From assembly GCA_002269645.1 (NCBI GenBank), contig NIVC01000197.1, forward strand, positions 666,638-730,637: DNA of 64,000 nucleotides. Direction: 5' to 3'. A program made the position numbers and the translations under genes. Origin of the DNA: Macrostomum lignano (taxonomy: Eukaryota). The notes under the pieces were generated by a model. The model was not told the origin of the DNA. It searched no databases and saw only the letters and a program-made list of their open reading frames with translations. Below are positions 14,191-28,795 of the stretch, one piece after another; the first letter of the stretch is position 1; each line of letters starts with the position of its first letter.

Positions 14191-15235
14191 ATCGACTTAT
14201 TACTATTGCAGAAGGTCCAAGATTCAACTTATTATCCAAGATTCTATAAATATATACGAGTACAATGAGACTATAAAATTGAATATTTAGTCAGAATTAG
14301 ACAGGAAAACTGGAATTGTTCCACGGGAAAGATTACAGGGCCATTACGCTCGTACGTGTATAGGTAGGCTAGGCCCCTATATCATGTAGGTACGCCCCAC
14401 AGAGGTTTCTCATCCAGGCTCTACGAGCTAGTTACAAGGACCACTGTAGGTCCTTGGCTAGTTATAGAGAAATCTTTGCCAGGAGGTGAGTCAATGTGTA
14501 TTTAACTTTAAAATAACTTCAAAATTGCTCATTTAAACATTTTTTCTTTTTCCTCATAACAAATAAATTTAATTTTCGGCCTGGTTGTCTCGCTCTAAGC
14601 TAGCTATTGACTCAATACACAAGCTTCTATAAATCTTATTGGGTTATCGTAGTTTTAGCTAACTTTAATTGTAACTGTACTCTCACGAATAGATCCTGTC
14701 GCTTCGGAAACAAGCTTATACAATTGACTTACATGCAGGATGCAGCTCAAATGCGAGCTTTTGTCGAAACGTTGACAATCTCCAATGCCAACCGTTTGTC
14801 TGCGTCAGTTATTTTCTTTTTTGTCCGGTCCTACAGCTAGCAGAACCGTTCTTATATGTTTAGCCGTACCTACAGCTGAGACTCCGCTTGCAACTTTAGT
14901 CACTGCGAATTGCCCTCATTTGACTTTTTCCGAGGCACCTGCTATACACCAATTGGCTTTGAACCCGAATCTCTACTGATTAAACTTCAAACAACAACGC
15001 AGCTCTTTACTGTCCATAAACAGTAAGCTCACATATGCCGCGCGCGCTGTCAGTGCAACTAAATTTCAGGCACCAGCAACTGCATCACACGACACACGCA
15101 ATATTCATTTTACAAATAAAAGATAATTAAATCGATTAAATTTTCAAATGTTTTTTTGAAGTTCAATGTATTTCCGATAGCATCATTGCAGACTTCAAGC
15201 GACACTCAGTCAATTGCAGAGCGTACTTGCAGATC

Positions 15236-18200
15236 TTACTGTGAACCAGAGTTTCCCTTAGTAGCCAGGTAAGGCCTCTGTTCCGTTGGACAGTTCACCC
15301 GGTCGTTCAAGACCCAGTCGGTTCGCTTCTTACCAACGGGTTCCAGCTGAAAGTGTGTAGATGAAGTTGAATGACGCTTGATGCTTCGACTGACATACTT
15401 AGTAGGAAGCTAATAGTTGATTTTGGAGACTCATTAATGAATGAAATTCAAACAATTGATGAATATAAATATCTCGATGCGACGACTCGACTCATGGAGA
15501 TAACTTGAATCTCACCATGGTATTCCAAAGAGCCAGTCCGCCAAGCGCATGTCCTTTGTCGCTCAGGTGGAAGCAGTCGGGCGCAAAGTAGGCCATGTCC
15601 GGCTCTCCCTGCCGTGGATTTTTAGGGTAGAAAGAAGTTTCATTCATGAACGAATGGTTTACAACAATACCTTTTGGACTTATTGGAGCAAATACGCTCG
15701 TATTTATTGGATTTGTTATTTTTTGTATCTGACGATGATGCATCTGCTTGTGCTTGATTGAGAAATTATTTTACGCTTTTACGAGTACTCCTGCTGTAAC
15801 AAACCTTTCATGTATTAAGAAAAATATCGTTGCTTCACTCGAAGTAATCATCTCAAATCTTTAAAAAACATCAAACTTATGTTTGGTTAAATCCTTTAAA
15901 TCTGTACCAAGGATGTCTGCCTTAGCCAATTGTTTGTACCACACATTCAAACTAAAAAACATGCCCTGACGCACATTCGGTAGAGTAGGTGGGGTAATTT
16001 CGCGAAGGAAGGGCTGCAGAACAACAGTGAAGTCGGACTTTCGAGTCCATTTGGGATCTTCAGCAATCCTCCTGGCACGCCGCTGAAGCTCCATCGAGTA
16101 CTCATAGACCTCCTCTTTGGACAATGTGGAACCGCATTTGCACCAGAAAGTCCTGCGCGTTTGTTTGCGAGTGTAATGTACATAGATTAGTTGCCATTAT
16201 ACATCAATTAAAGCTTAGTGCTTTAGTGCTAAGCTACAGATATTAAAAAAACTACATGAGTTGTGCATTACTGGAAATTTCATTCCCAATGCCCTGCCCA
16301 ATACAAACTGAAAACAGTGCAATTTACTCACTGAAGCAAAGCTTTGCAGACAAGACTCTGATCCTTCAGATCATTAACTGCTGCCACATCCATCATCTCA
16401 ATGAGATTGACAAACGCTCGAGGCACATTGTCGTACAGGTAATCCAAAGCAGTTCTAATATGCTTCTCATAGTTTTCTACAGAGAATCTGCTGGGATCCT
16501 TGCAGTGGTCGCAGACGTCGTTGCCTCCGATGAAGAGGTTAATTAGCTTCCAATCGGTCTCGAATGCCACCTTTTTGTCCTTTTTCATCTTTTCCACCAG
16601 TTGTCTGGCTTGGCGAGGCATATCTCTGGAGTAAAGAAATTAAAACAAAGTTGAAACAGTTAAAACAATTGGGACTGCTGATCCTAATAACAATACGAGG
16701 TCGATTTAATTAAGTCGATTCCGATCCTTGCCAATGAAGTCATGCACATTCACAGTTTATCTAACACGATCTAAAAATTTCTATAAGGCCCATCAAAATC
16801 GACTCAGTCGGGATTTTAAACACAGAGTCGATAGCAACAGGCTTACTCAGCTCTGTTGCCCACCACAGCCTCGTTGAAGCCGGCGAAGATGCCGTCCGGG
16901 CCACTAATTCCAGTCGAGAAACCGGTGAGTTTTGGGTTGAACTTCTTCAGCACGGCTGAAATGGTGCGGAACGATTTCTTCATTGGTAACAGCAAAGCAT
17001 AGACATGTGTATTTTTTGCTTGTTAGATGCCAGAAATTACATGTAAACTTTAATTCGACTGATGTCCTCTTAATAGGGGATCACTAGAAATTATGAGTAC
17101 TCATACTAGCATCAGGATCGATTTTTATCTCTAATTTTCGAGTTTGCGTTCATTTTCATAATTTTACATTAATTTTCCGACTTAACTTGGCATAGTAGTG
17201 TGCTGAGACAAGTCTTCTTTGCCGCCCATGGTAAAACTGTGGCCCCGGTATTGCGTAAAGATGGTGAGCAGATTCTTGGAGTAAATGCCCATGCCAGCGG
17301 TGAGAGAGTCGCCGATGGCTCCAACAACATCGATATCAGCTGGCCGCAGTTTGTCAACGCTAGTCGGCGGACTGTGGCTGCGAACGACATCGCAGTTAAA
17401 AGCGGATCCAGTCTGAATTTTTTACCTTTCATAGTTTTAGCTTTTCTTCGACATTAAAATCAACCTGAGCTAGATACATGAGTACGAGTATTTTATCCAC
17501 TATTATTCATTCAAATTATAACATTTAAAGTACATATAGTTGTCAGCATGCAACCGATTCTTTTTAAAAATTAATAAACGGTTAACTGGCAAATATGCAA
17601 CTTTAGTAAAAAGCCAACTTTCAGTTACTTAGAGCTAAATGAACACTCAATGTTTTACCGTTGGAACAGCGGCAACTGCGTGCTTCTCACGGGCGGCGTT
17701 CCACTTGCGCTCGTGCTCAATTCTGTGCCGCTTCAGCTTGTCAGAGGCATACAGTGCGGTCACAGCGCTCTGCAGCACACGCAGATAAGTTTCACCTGTA
17801 GTAATGTGGGATTAGCATGTTGAAAATATATGGCTGCTTAAGTAAGCTTAAGCTTAAGTAAGCTTAAGTAAGCGTAAGCTTAAATGCCATGTTTTTCGGT
17901 TCTAAGGCATTTTAGGTGAGAATAGTCATTCAAAAAACTACAATGAATTGTCTTGAGACAGTTATAGCAACTGCGTGACAGTGACTGGATACAACTAAGA
18001 CCGTTTCCAGTCAACTGTCTCAACAACTAAGACAATTTTTTTAAATTGAATGTGCAGGTAGAAGAACGTAATTTAATCGTTTAATTAAATTTTCTTTGAT
18101 GCAAAATGTCAAAAACGACCCGGCAGAATGCTTGAAGGTCAAAGATCCAGCGCTAGCATCAAGACACCATGGTTTTAGTTCCGGATTTAGGTCCGGATTT

Positions 18201-18612
18201 TGTACATGGTCACCTGGTGGCATCAACTGTTGGGAGCAACATAGAGCCATATAAGACGCGGTTCACGTACCATCCATTATACGACAGAAATAATATGAAA
18301 ATCGGTGCCCAGATTCACTTACCTGCAGGGATGACTTCGTTGTCAAACGGTACCGCTTGCCTCAGAGTATCCACAATTTCCGCAAGATCTTCCTCGGACC
18401 GATCCCGTGATTTTGCGGATTCTGAAGATATGCAATTGAATGACGAAATATAGCATTATTCTAAATCTACAAACTACTATTTGATAAATAAGGTTCTTAA
18501 AAGTACATGCAGTCCTAGCTGTTTCCTTTAGCTTACCCTGAGCTTCAGTCAGTGTCGGCAGCCAACAAGCCAATAAAAGACAAGTAGTCGCAACTAAAAT
18601 ATTCAGCTGCAT
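15236..18612 (-). CDS. PLB1: Secreted phospholipase B1-like GDSL/SGNH lipase, single catalytic module, 9 exons
   Basis: Exons 18612..18537, 18421..18323, 17795..17659, 17412..17187, 16955..16847, 16625..16332, 16152..15975, 15608..15516, 15346..15236. Signal peptide [24 protein letters not shown], then [25 protein letters not shown] (GDSL), [24 protein letters not shown] and [14 protein letters not shown] (DxxH). Confidence 0.92.
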
Positions 18613-19157
18613 CACGACGACTTAATGGTACCTGCTTTTTTGTGGAAAAAACCTTCAAACTTGAAATAAAAGCTGGACTACGCTTATAGGAACCGTCCTT
18701 TACTTTTTATACCCTCATAGCGATGACCTTTGTACTATCAGGAATTGCATATATGATAAGTTTTATCGCTTTACAAACTGCCGCAACAGTTGCACCACCA
18801 ATAGCTACTACAGTGGCGCCACCACACTCAGAAAGAACAACGCAAATGGGAAAACAAATTTGTGACATTTCCTCGTACTGATTATTAATGTGCAGGTCTT
18901 GAGCCGTTTCTCTAACTTTTTTCCGAAAAGCAACTGGTTGTTTCTCATTTATCCTGTCTCACTTAAAACTGCAGGAGCATTCTAGAGTATATAGCTATAT
19001 GTAGATTAGCTAAAACAAGTAATAGTTGAAAGGCTTGTATCATCCTATTATCATAGATGTACAGTGTACATCCAGGCGTTTTCATAAAAACAAAGACATG
19101 TAGCATAAGATCTGCAAGACCATGCAAATAGACTTCAGATACCAATGCTTGCAACTA

Positions 19158-20240
19158 CGAGCCGGTTCTCATTAAGTTCTCAGAAAGATGTACTTCGCAT
19201 TAATTGGGTTCAGTTGAAATTTGATTAAATTTGATCCATCATAAGGAACCTAATTAACTTTCTCAACATACTTTTCACCCAGATCCAAGTATTTTTGCAT
19301 TCGCTGGAACGACGAGTTTAAGCCCCTCCTTAAATCAGCTTTTTGGAACGAGTCCAACTCAGCTCGCAAGGCATCCACGAGCTCCTCCCTTGAGTAAAAT
19401 CGCCTCCCCTTCAAGTTCTTTTTCATTTTGTGCAAGAGGAACGATTCGCAAGGCGAGTAAGCCCGTGCTGAAACTGTGTTGTCTGCAAAAATTGCTGGGC
19501 CAACCCTCCGGTGCGCTGTTGTGGTTAAGGAAGATGCCCTTTTACTCGGTTTTGGCCGCTCTTGAGTAGACGGTGCTGTATCATTAAACATTCATTGTAG
19601 CTCTGCGCTCGAGCAACACCAACCGCAAGATGCCACAGCGACGGAAAAAGATGACGGAAGTACTTCCCAACGCTTCGCTCGCGGCGAACTTTCAGCGGCG
19701 CATCCTCGTCACTGGTGACCCACTGACGGCTGTCTAGTCTCCGGGTCGCAGAATTAGACCCAGGTTTCTTAACCTGTGCGAATATTGTTCAGTAATTTTG
19801 AGGCAAAGCCATCAAATTTGTCGAGCATGAGACGCACGATCTCCATGCGGGCCTGCTTCTGAGCGACACTGAGGGGCACCCAGAGCGCGGACGCAGCATC
19901 CCGACGAGGTGATCGTTTAGGCAGGATCTTAAACAATGGTTGAATCCGACACCCCGACAAGATTCTCTAACCGTCGAATCGTCACTCACCGATCTTCGTA
20001 TAGGTGTCACTACACGATAGCAACGACTTTATCTGTAACGACGAAACTTTGACGGACTTCGCGGGGTTCTCCATACAGACTGGCCGAGTCGCAGCGGAAG
20101 CGGCTGAACTAAGCCGTAGACTATCGCCATAGACGGCCGCTTTGTCACCGAAGGCTGAACAGAGCGTATGATGGCAAGCAGCCGCCGTACTGTGCCCAGT
20201 CGAAACGGGACCAGGATAGCGTTGCGCCTGTCTCAATCAG
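19158..20240 (-). mobile_element. Decayed mariner (Tc1/mariner) DNA transposon
   Basis: Fragments LCSAFGDKAA (HTH region), WVPLSVAQKQARM (WVPHxL), IRTG*ETWV*FCDPETRQ (first catalytic Asp now a stop) and YSP-CESFLLHKMKKNLKGRRFYSREEL...GEKYVEK. One terminus TA|CGAGCCGGTTCTCATTAAG lies at 19156-19176; the matching TIR was not found. Confidence 0.88.
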
Positions 20241-22983
20241 CCAGGGTGGGCACAGTGCAGGGAAAACTAGAACCTTTTCTATAGTTGTCCCTGGGTGGGC
20301 AGTGGTGGCAGCAATTCAGCAGAACTTTGGCCACTTCGGCACATCATGATGGCCGATGAAGCGGAAATTTTGCATTGCCTTGCCCCATTTGCATTGCCCC
20401 TCGTATCAATGGTCATAGCTTGTGCAGAGGGCATAGGGAGAATTTCGTGGTGCTGTACGTCTTTAAATCTCTTATTTCTGAAATTCATGAAGGTTTATTC
20501 AACTAATAAATCGATTCATTCATATTTAAAAATAGGGAAAATTTGTCTTCTGTGTCTCATTTAGTAGTATGTGTAGAGTACGGAGGGAAAAATAAAGTTT
20601 GCAGATATCTTTTGGAACTCTCATCGGACACACTACTAAAATGAATGGCACGGATGCGACTAACGGAGTAATAAACAGCTATAGTATATCAAGATGTTTC
20701 ACAACCGTGCATTAATAGACTGGGACTAACAGAAGAGTTAGGAGTTATAAACTCACAGAGACATTAATAGATCTCATCTCTATGATTCCATCTGCTCCCT
20801 TGGTCCATCTGCTGGCTCCTGTGGTTGTCTCCCTGCTTTGTATCTTGGCTCTCATATCTGACAGTGGATTGGTGTCCTGGGGAATGAGTTCGTCCCGAAT
20901 CGGGAAATACCGGCTGAGTCCGGGTTCCTCTTGCTCCTTGTGCCCCTCACCAACCCCTTGGCTTGGGAGCTTTTAGAGCTGGATAGCGAAAAAGCGTTGA
21001 GGCTTGCAGCCCTATAGGAGGATTTATGCGGTTGCCTACCTGATAGGAGACTCGCCCATCGCAATAAGCTTCCAGACTCGCTCCAATCTAAAGCATTCTT
21101 TCCGTAGACTTCGGGCTTTCCCGCTCTCGGACCGCTTTCCAAAATTTTTACAAAATTTTTCGCGCACTCGGGACTTGTCGCTAGGGTTGCTTGGGTGGAC
21201 TCGGTCCTAGCACCGTCCCTGATTCCACTATGGGTTGGCGGTGTCTTAGTCCATAGGCTTGGGTTAGTAGCGTCCAATAAGGCTCCACCAGGCCTTGAGT
21301 CCTGGTCCCAATCTAGGCTGCTCGGGCTATATGCCCCTGGTAGATAAGCCCCCTACAAGATCCAGCGGCAGAGCCAGAGCCCTCCTCCGGGCTGATCCGC
21401 GGGTAGCACTGCTTCCCACCCCCCGTTTTAACAACAATAGATTGGGACTAATTTCAATTACGAGTACCAGCCAACCGAAAGGAAAACGAGCTAGCTAAGA
21501 CGAGTTATCTAATACATACCCTCCACTGATGTATCTTAATGCATCCTAAGGTATTCTGGCTGGGAATCCCATTCTGTTCAAAAACAGCTTTAATTGTCCG
21601 AGACCGAATACGCAGAATTCTGTTACCGTTTCCGTGGTTGTAATGTTAAGTCTCTACAGCCTCTGTCGTTTAGGGGGAGGGGGCTTGCTCTAGCTGTAGG
21701 ACCAGTTGGAGAGTGAACCCCGTCATTCTGTAAGAGCTAATACTGTAACACTACTCAAATGAACTTATATTTTTTACATGTAGAAAACCAACCCTGTATA
21801 AGATCAATCAATAACTTGGCGACAAGCGGTGCCGATTAAGGGGATGATGAAGCAGTGGGGCAAAGAAATTTGGTTCTGTACGTGTACTGAGAAGATCGAA
21901 GCAAGTCTCTCTTAAAGGTGCAAAACTTTTAATTTTCCACTTGGAGATAATGAGACTAGCTGTAACGGCTTAGCTTCATGTGGCAAGCAGCCTACTCGTA
22001 GACTCCTAGACGCAACTCTAGTGAACAAGAATGTTTTTCTGAAACACTTACTTGCGTACTACATGTATAGGTATGAATGAACCAGAATCCTATATAATTG
22101 AAAACAGACTATACATGTATGCGGCACTGCATGTATAAATCGTTAGTTGTGGCTTCCTCTTACTCCATGATCAGTGTGACCAATTTTTTAGCGACATTAA
22201 CTACTGAATACTACGAGCGTAGCTGTTAACTGCATGCTATTGTAGTTATAGCTCGTAGATGTTAACTGCATGCTATTGTAGTTATATATATGTAGTTATA
22301 GTTAAAACAACGCATTCTAAGAACTTTGGTGAGAGGGGATTCTGGGGTCAAGACCCAAAAGGTGGCCGGTGGGCGGGCCTGTATTATAACGAAAATTCGC
22401 TTGGTTCCCTTTGTAGTTTTTGGAGTCTCCGCCGAAAGAGGGCCCTCCTTGTTGTGCCCCTTGCTCAGAGTTTTGTCGTACCTACATATGTACTGTGTAA
22501 CATATACTGCTGTGTACTCGGCCCACATTAGCTATGCTTTCTGTTCATAAAATAAACGCAGCATACTACTAGAAGTAGATGTAAACACATGACGTCCAAA
22601 AAATAGTGTTTTCATTTTAGTCAACTCTAAGAGATATAGCTGAGAGTTTTCCTCCCATGTAAGAATAACGACCTTGAATGGTAAAAAAGTTAAGCTTGTT
22701 TTTTGCGCTATTTTATCCTTGATTAGCAGTTTTTATAATTTTTTTCAGCGAAAAGCTAAACCCATTTACACAGAAACTAAGCAATTAACGTCAAATATTG
22801 AATGCACTAGTGTAAGCTTTTTAGGATCTACTTTGCGCAACTTCAATGAATGCAAATCGTTCCAAGAAACATGCAATATTTAAGCTTACCCGCAATAATA
22901 TTTTCGGTATCACACTCGAGTCTAATTACGAAGCAGTTTCTGTTTACTCACTGAATTTGACCGACTAACGATCAAAGATCAAA

Positions 22984-24743
22984 ATGTCTGACTGGCTTGC
23001 TTCATCTGGTGTGTCGAACCGTGATGATTTGGTCTACATGGCTAAGCTTGCCGAGCAGGCCGAACGATATGATGACATGGCAGCTGCTATGAAGTCTGTA
23101 ACAGAGAAGGGACAAGAGCTTGGAAACGAAGAAAGGAACTTGCTTTCTGTGGCCTACAAGAACGTCGTTGGTGCCAGACGTTCTTCATGGAGGGTTATTT
23201 CCAGCATTGAGAGCAAGACCGAAGGCCATGAAAGGAAACAGTCCACTGCAAAAGAATATCGTCAGAAGATTGAAGCTGAACTTCAAAAAGTATGCAAGGA
23301 AGTACTGGTAAGTAGGCCTATAGAAACGGCATTATGACTATATTCTCTACTTTACTTTTCGCTCACATTTAGACCATAAAGTATTTATTGATGTAATTTT
23401 AATTTCTCTTAAAATTAACCATTGATAATGGCATTGTATTAATTTAATAAGTTATAAATTATAAAGTAATACATAGTAGATACATATATTTAATTATGGC
23501 TATTATATCAATACTATATATAGTATAGTACATTGTATTAATATATAACTAGCAACTTACTCAGAAAACTGTCATCTATTTTTAGCTTAGTTCAACCTAG
23601 ACAGCATCTTAAAAAAAACAAATATCTACTTGAAAGGTATCTTTTTTTGTATCATTATGATTAATATATTTTTACAACTATATTTATATTTATTTAAATA
23701 TTTATTATATATTTTAGTTTTATATGTATTTGATAGGGCCTAATGTAAACATTAATGTATAATATTTATAATAATTAATACTTATCAAAAAATGAATAAT
23801 GATTGATAGGCTGTTCTATTAGTAGTATTAAATTTAATAACTCATTTTTAGATTAAGAATCTTGATTATATGTCTATAACAATTTCTATTCTATTTAATA
23901 TTATATATTATCAAATATATATATTAACCAAAAATAAACCTTTCTCTAGCTAATAAATGTTGTTGTGACTTATATGCTTTATACAAAGAAAATAGACTAT
24001 ATCAAAATCATTTTCCTATCTTTAAAGACTGAAAAAATAGCCTTTTGTAATAAAACAAGTATTATCATTACTATGCATTATATTTAACATTTGTATAACT
24101 TATCTATCATTTTCTTTCATTTTGTAGAATCTGCTTGATGACTTTCTGATCAAGCAAGCTTCTACCCCAGAGTCGAAGGTCTTCTACTACAAGATGAAAG
24201 GTGATTATTACCGTTATCTGGCTGAAGTTGCCACTGGTGATGAGCGCAAGGATGTCATTGACCAGTCTGAGGGTGCCTACAAGGCTGCCACTGAGCATGC
24301 TGAGTCTGAGCTGCCAACCACTCATCCAATTCGGCTTGGCCTGGCCCTCAACTACTCTGTTTTCTTCTATGAAATCAAGAGTGAATCTGACAAGGCCTGC
24401 CAGCTGGCAAAGAAGGTAAATGAGGCTAATATATTAGCAATTTGATTGTCTCCTCAACTAGCTGGCAAGTAGCTAAGCTATTAATCAAACCACTCGTCTG
24501 ATTTCCAGGCCTTTGACAATGCAATCGCCGACTTGGATGAAATTGGCGAGGATTCCTACAAGGATTCGACACTCATTATGCAGCTCCTGCGAGACAACCT
24601 GACTGTAGGTTTACTCCATCTATTACATGGTGTTTTGCTGTACACTTCAGTGTTTTAAATAACTTTATTTGTATTTGAAACCTACTCCATTTTAGCTGTG
24701 GACATCTGAGCAAGGCGGAGAAGACGGAGAGCAGGATCAGTAA
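22984..24743 (+). CDS. 14-3-3: 14-3-3 protein, 4 exons
   Basis: Exons 22984..23307, 24128..24415, 24509..24604, 24696..24743. Motifs [65 protein letters not shown] and [20 protein letters not shown]. Confidence 0.98.
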
Positions 24744-26904
24744 AGTCTACACACCCAGCTCTGGCCACCAGCAGTACCGACTTATTTACTGTACTAATGA
24801 CTTGATTAGATTGCATCAGTTGTCATTCTCAAATTTGTCCTACTCGGTATTAGTATTAATAAAAATTCCTTACTTATCTTACTACTATTATTATTATCGT
24901 TTATTCATGCTACCCTATGCTTTATACGATTCCTTAAATTCATCAACACAAACTAAAATTTAGGTGTTGATTTGTGTTGTGTTTTCGGACAGCACAGATA
25001 CTATTAGCTATTCATTTTTTATTATCTAATCGTTTCTTCTCTGATGAAAAACGAAAGCTATAAAATTTAGGATTTATTCGTTATTAGTCAACTATTCGTG
25101 TCTGTTGGTAAGGCTTACAATTAGACTAACTTTGAATTAAAATTAATGTAATGATCCGAGAGCGATTTATTGTACATGTCAGCTGGCCAGTCTTTGCGCA
25201 AGTGCAGGATTCAAAAGCAGTAATTTTTTGTTAACTATTGGCTAAAAGCTGCTATTAGGCTTCGAATCTGTAGTTCATCTGATTGATTAGTTTCACAAAA
25301 TTATGCTTAATTGATCAGTACTATAATACTGATCTATTTGTCCGTCTCAGCAACTCTGCCATGAAACTTAGTCAAGCTAACAGCGTTGTAATCTGCTGTG
25401 ATTTTATTAATTTTATTGTGTATTTATTAGTATGGCACTATTCTGTCAGTATATACAAACGTATACTATATATTATAATGCTATTTCTCAGCAGCAGGGC
25501 GCAGGTAACAAAACTGACAAATTGCATAAGCTCTACATTTTCCACAGTTTGCAAGTTTGCAACTTTAAAAATTAAACTACGAGCGTATGAATACGTGTAG
25601 AACTTTCGATAATTTTTGTCTCAATAAAACTGCTTTTGGTAATTATTTTTGATTCCTTAAGACTTTGTCCTTTTTATTGCTTTTCTACGAGCATAAAGTG
25701 ATTTTAAGATCAACGGAAATGATTATAGGCTGCATGCAAGATAACCCTTTAAAATTAAAGTCTTGGTGAATGTTGTACTTTGAAACCGAGTATTCAGCTC
25801 CATTCTTGTTAAAGCGTTCAGTTGGATACTGTAATGTAGCAGAGGCTCATCACAGAATCTACAAGCAAAGGCGTCGCCATGGATTTCATGGTGGAGAGGG
25901 GGCAAAGCCAAGAATTCTACATGTACATTTATGACCATTTAAATTTCTACATGTACATTATTTATGGAATCTGTGTCAGCGATCATTTTAGCGCCGCAGG
26001 TATACTCTTGGCGCCGCAGGTACATGTACCAGCTCATTGTGGTGGCGCGCAGGCGCTATGTTTTGTATAGCTGAAGCAAAACTATTGATTTCCATAACGG
26101 GTCACAAAGTGGGGTGGGGGACAACGCGGTAGCAGGCCACATCATCTGTGCTTAGCCGTGGCTAACCGCAGACCGTTCTGCTAGAGGCTGTTCATTATGA
26201 TGTTTCAATTGCACCCTCACCGGCATGCACGTGCACTGTGTTTCATGCCAAATGCGTACGTGCACAGACATGAAGTCCTATAATCAAGGAGGATAACTTT
26301 CTTATACGAGCGTATCATTGGGTCAGAAGAGATTGGTAAAAATAGCTCGGAAAATGACAGAAAATTGATACAACTCATGAGTGAATTGTTCCTTTATTAC
26401 TCCATAAATTTAATCACTTATTGTCACAGGAGGAATGTAAGACCGGTTTTGTTGTTGAGCCTATTAATTTTGCAGCCTTCAACAAGAATGTTTCGCAGCT
26501 TCGATGTGCTACTTGCAGTAGAAACTATAGCACGTATATTTTTTTCGTACGAACACCACGCATCCGTTTTCGTATGAGGCTGCGGTGAAAATGTCACATT
26601 AACTCATTTATACGTCTAATTTGGCTAATCTCTGTTCCATCTTCGCTTTCGTTTTCCGCTAATAACTATTTGAAGAATGATTTCGATTTATACATTACGA
26701 GTATATGCTTCGTGTATTTTTGGCTTCTAAGAACAAAACATCTGAGTGTTACTCATAAATCAGATCCAGAGTCAGATGAATCTGACCTCCAACCCCTCGT
26801 TCAATTAAAACGGTTTTTTATTATTTACCTAAACCACGGGTCGGTAAGCTTTTTTACCTCAAGGCCCAGATAAAGAACCTATAGCGCATAACTGCGAGCC
26901 AGAG

Positions 26905-27110
26905 AGTAGGGAGAGAGAAGGGAGAGAATAAAGAAGAGAGACAGGAGAAAAGAAGTGAGGGAATAAAGGAGAAGAGAGGAGACAAGAGGAGGGGTTAAAT
27001 CGAAGAGGGGAGAGAGAAGGGAGAGGAGAGGAGTGAAGAGTAGAGATGTCGAGAGGAGATAAGAGAAGGATATGAGAGAGGAGATTAGAGAGGAGGGAGC
27101 TGAGAAAAGA
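26905..27110. repeat. Low-complexity GA-rich tract
   Basis: Nearly pure purine sequence without a fixed period. Confidence 0.8.
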
Positions 27111-28090
27111 CACAAACCTTGAGCGGGCTGGATTGCTTTTGTGTTAAGTTTCAAAGGGCCGGATAGAGACAGATTTCGCAGGCCGCATGTGGCTCTTTTC
27201 TTCTTTTGTCGGAACCCCATTCCTTCTCACTTTTTACCTCTACAGTGAATGTAATTGGAGCTTTGCTCACATCACACCTCACTCTTTAATAGCAGTTTTG
27301 TATTTTGAATAGCAATTTTTATTATCCTACGGCAAAGGTTCTGTTCTGATGCAGTGCTGATCGCCACGGCCTATAGAAATTTCTAGATACGAGCCCGTAG
27401 CTCTATAAAACTTTCGTTATTGTTTGTTACACTTGTTGCAATGCGTCTAAATGGGATCGCTGAGTTATATTTATTACAGCTTAAAGTACATCCGAAATGC
27501 ATCTGAGTGGGTAGAGATTAATATGCTTTCTAAAATGCATACTAAATGGTCATGGTGCTAATAATTTCATTTCTGCATTTGCGCCTCAAAGCCAATTATT
27601 TAAATGCGCTTCCTTTATTCATGCAGCGGGCCCTAAATCTCGCAGCCCTTTTTTGTGTGACTGTTGAAAATTTATGAATTAATATTTGGATTGAAATTAG
27701 GGGGGGGGGGATTTCACTGCATGACTTGCTTTTGCAGCACTGCAGTTTCGAGTCAGGTCAGGAGTTGAAGGGTTTCAGAGAAGAGCGATTTTTCATTGAA
27801 TATTTAGGCGACGAGCCTGGAGTATATCCAGGTGCTCGAGTCCCTTTGTATTTGAAACAATACCATATATGCAGTTTGATACAGGTAAGTTGAATGCAAT
27901 CATATTTCATACGTAAGAACCCTTTCGAATTTTAGAAGATGCAATCGTATCAAGCTTAAGGAAAACGTTGTTACGAAGACAAAGACGTCATGTTAGTTTT
28001 TTTCACGAGTATCATTAGTATAGCGGACAAATAGATGTCGACAACTATAGTACATGAACTTCGATCTACTTTGGTCAACCTACCAAGGAC

Positions 28091-28707
28091 CAGGGGCGTA
28101 GCCAGGAATTTTGATTGGGGGGGGGCCCGTGAGTTAGGGTGCGCCAGCTTCTTATAGGGGGGGGGCGCCAGTTTCTTTTAGGGGGGGGGGCGCCAGTTTC
28201 TTTTAGGGGGGAGCGCCAGTTTCTTTTAGGGAGAGCGCCAGTTTCTTTTAGGGAAGGCGCCAGTTTCTTTTAGGGAAGGCGCCAGTTTCTTTTAGGGGGG
28301 GCGCCAGTTTCTTTTAGGAGGGGGGGGCGCCAGTTTCTTTTAGGGGGGGCGCCAGTTTTTTTTAGGGGGCGCCAGTTTCTTATAGGGGGCGCCAGTTTCT
28401 TTTAGGAGGGGGGGCGCCAGTTTCTTTTACCGGGGGGGCGCTAGTTTCTTTTAGGGGGGGCGCCAGTTTCTTTTAGGAGGGGGGGCGCCAGTTTCTTTTA
28501 GGGAGGGCGCCAGTTTTTTTTAGGGGGCGCCAGTTTCTTATAGGGGGCGCCAGTTTCTTTTAGGAGGGGGGCGCCAGTTTCTTTTACCGGGGGGGCGCTA
28601 GTTTCTTTTAGGGGGGCGCCAGTTTCTTTTAGGGGGGGCGCCAAGGCCAGAGTTGGTGATTATGGGGGGGCCACGGACCCCCTTGCCCCCCTCTGGCTAC
28701 GCCCCTG
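28091..28707. mobile_element. Non-autonomous hAT-type MITE with an internal minisatellite
   Basis: Perfect 15-bp TIRs CAGGGGCGTAGCCAG / CTGGCTACGCCCCTG and an 8-bp TSD CCAAGGAC at 28083-28090 and 28708-28715. The interior is tandem gcgccagtttctttta-G(n). Confidence 0.92.
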
Positions 28708-28795
28708 CCAAGGACGACTAATATATAAGTATGTCTTTTAAAATTTAGTTATGATAGCCAGGGTGTGGGCTATGTGGGTTAACACGAATGTATAC

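Noticed and set aside
20780-21700. Possible gypsy gag or LINE remnants on the minus strand (KPEVYG..DW; LSRYFPIRDEL; ETVTEFC..LKLFL)
   Set aside because: The similarities are only a few residues in broken frames; no RT, integrase or zinc-knuckle motif could be confirmed without a search.
25865-26170. Possible older hAT MITE (caaaggcgtcgccatgg... resembling the 28091 TIR)
   Set aside because: The right TIR and TSD are not convincingly identifiable.
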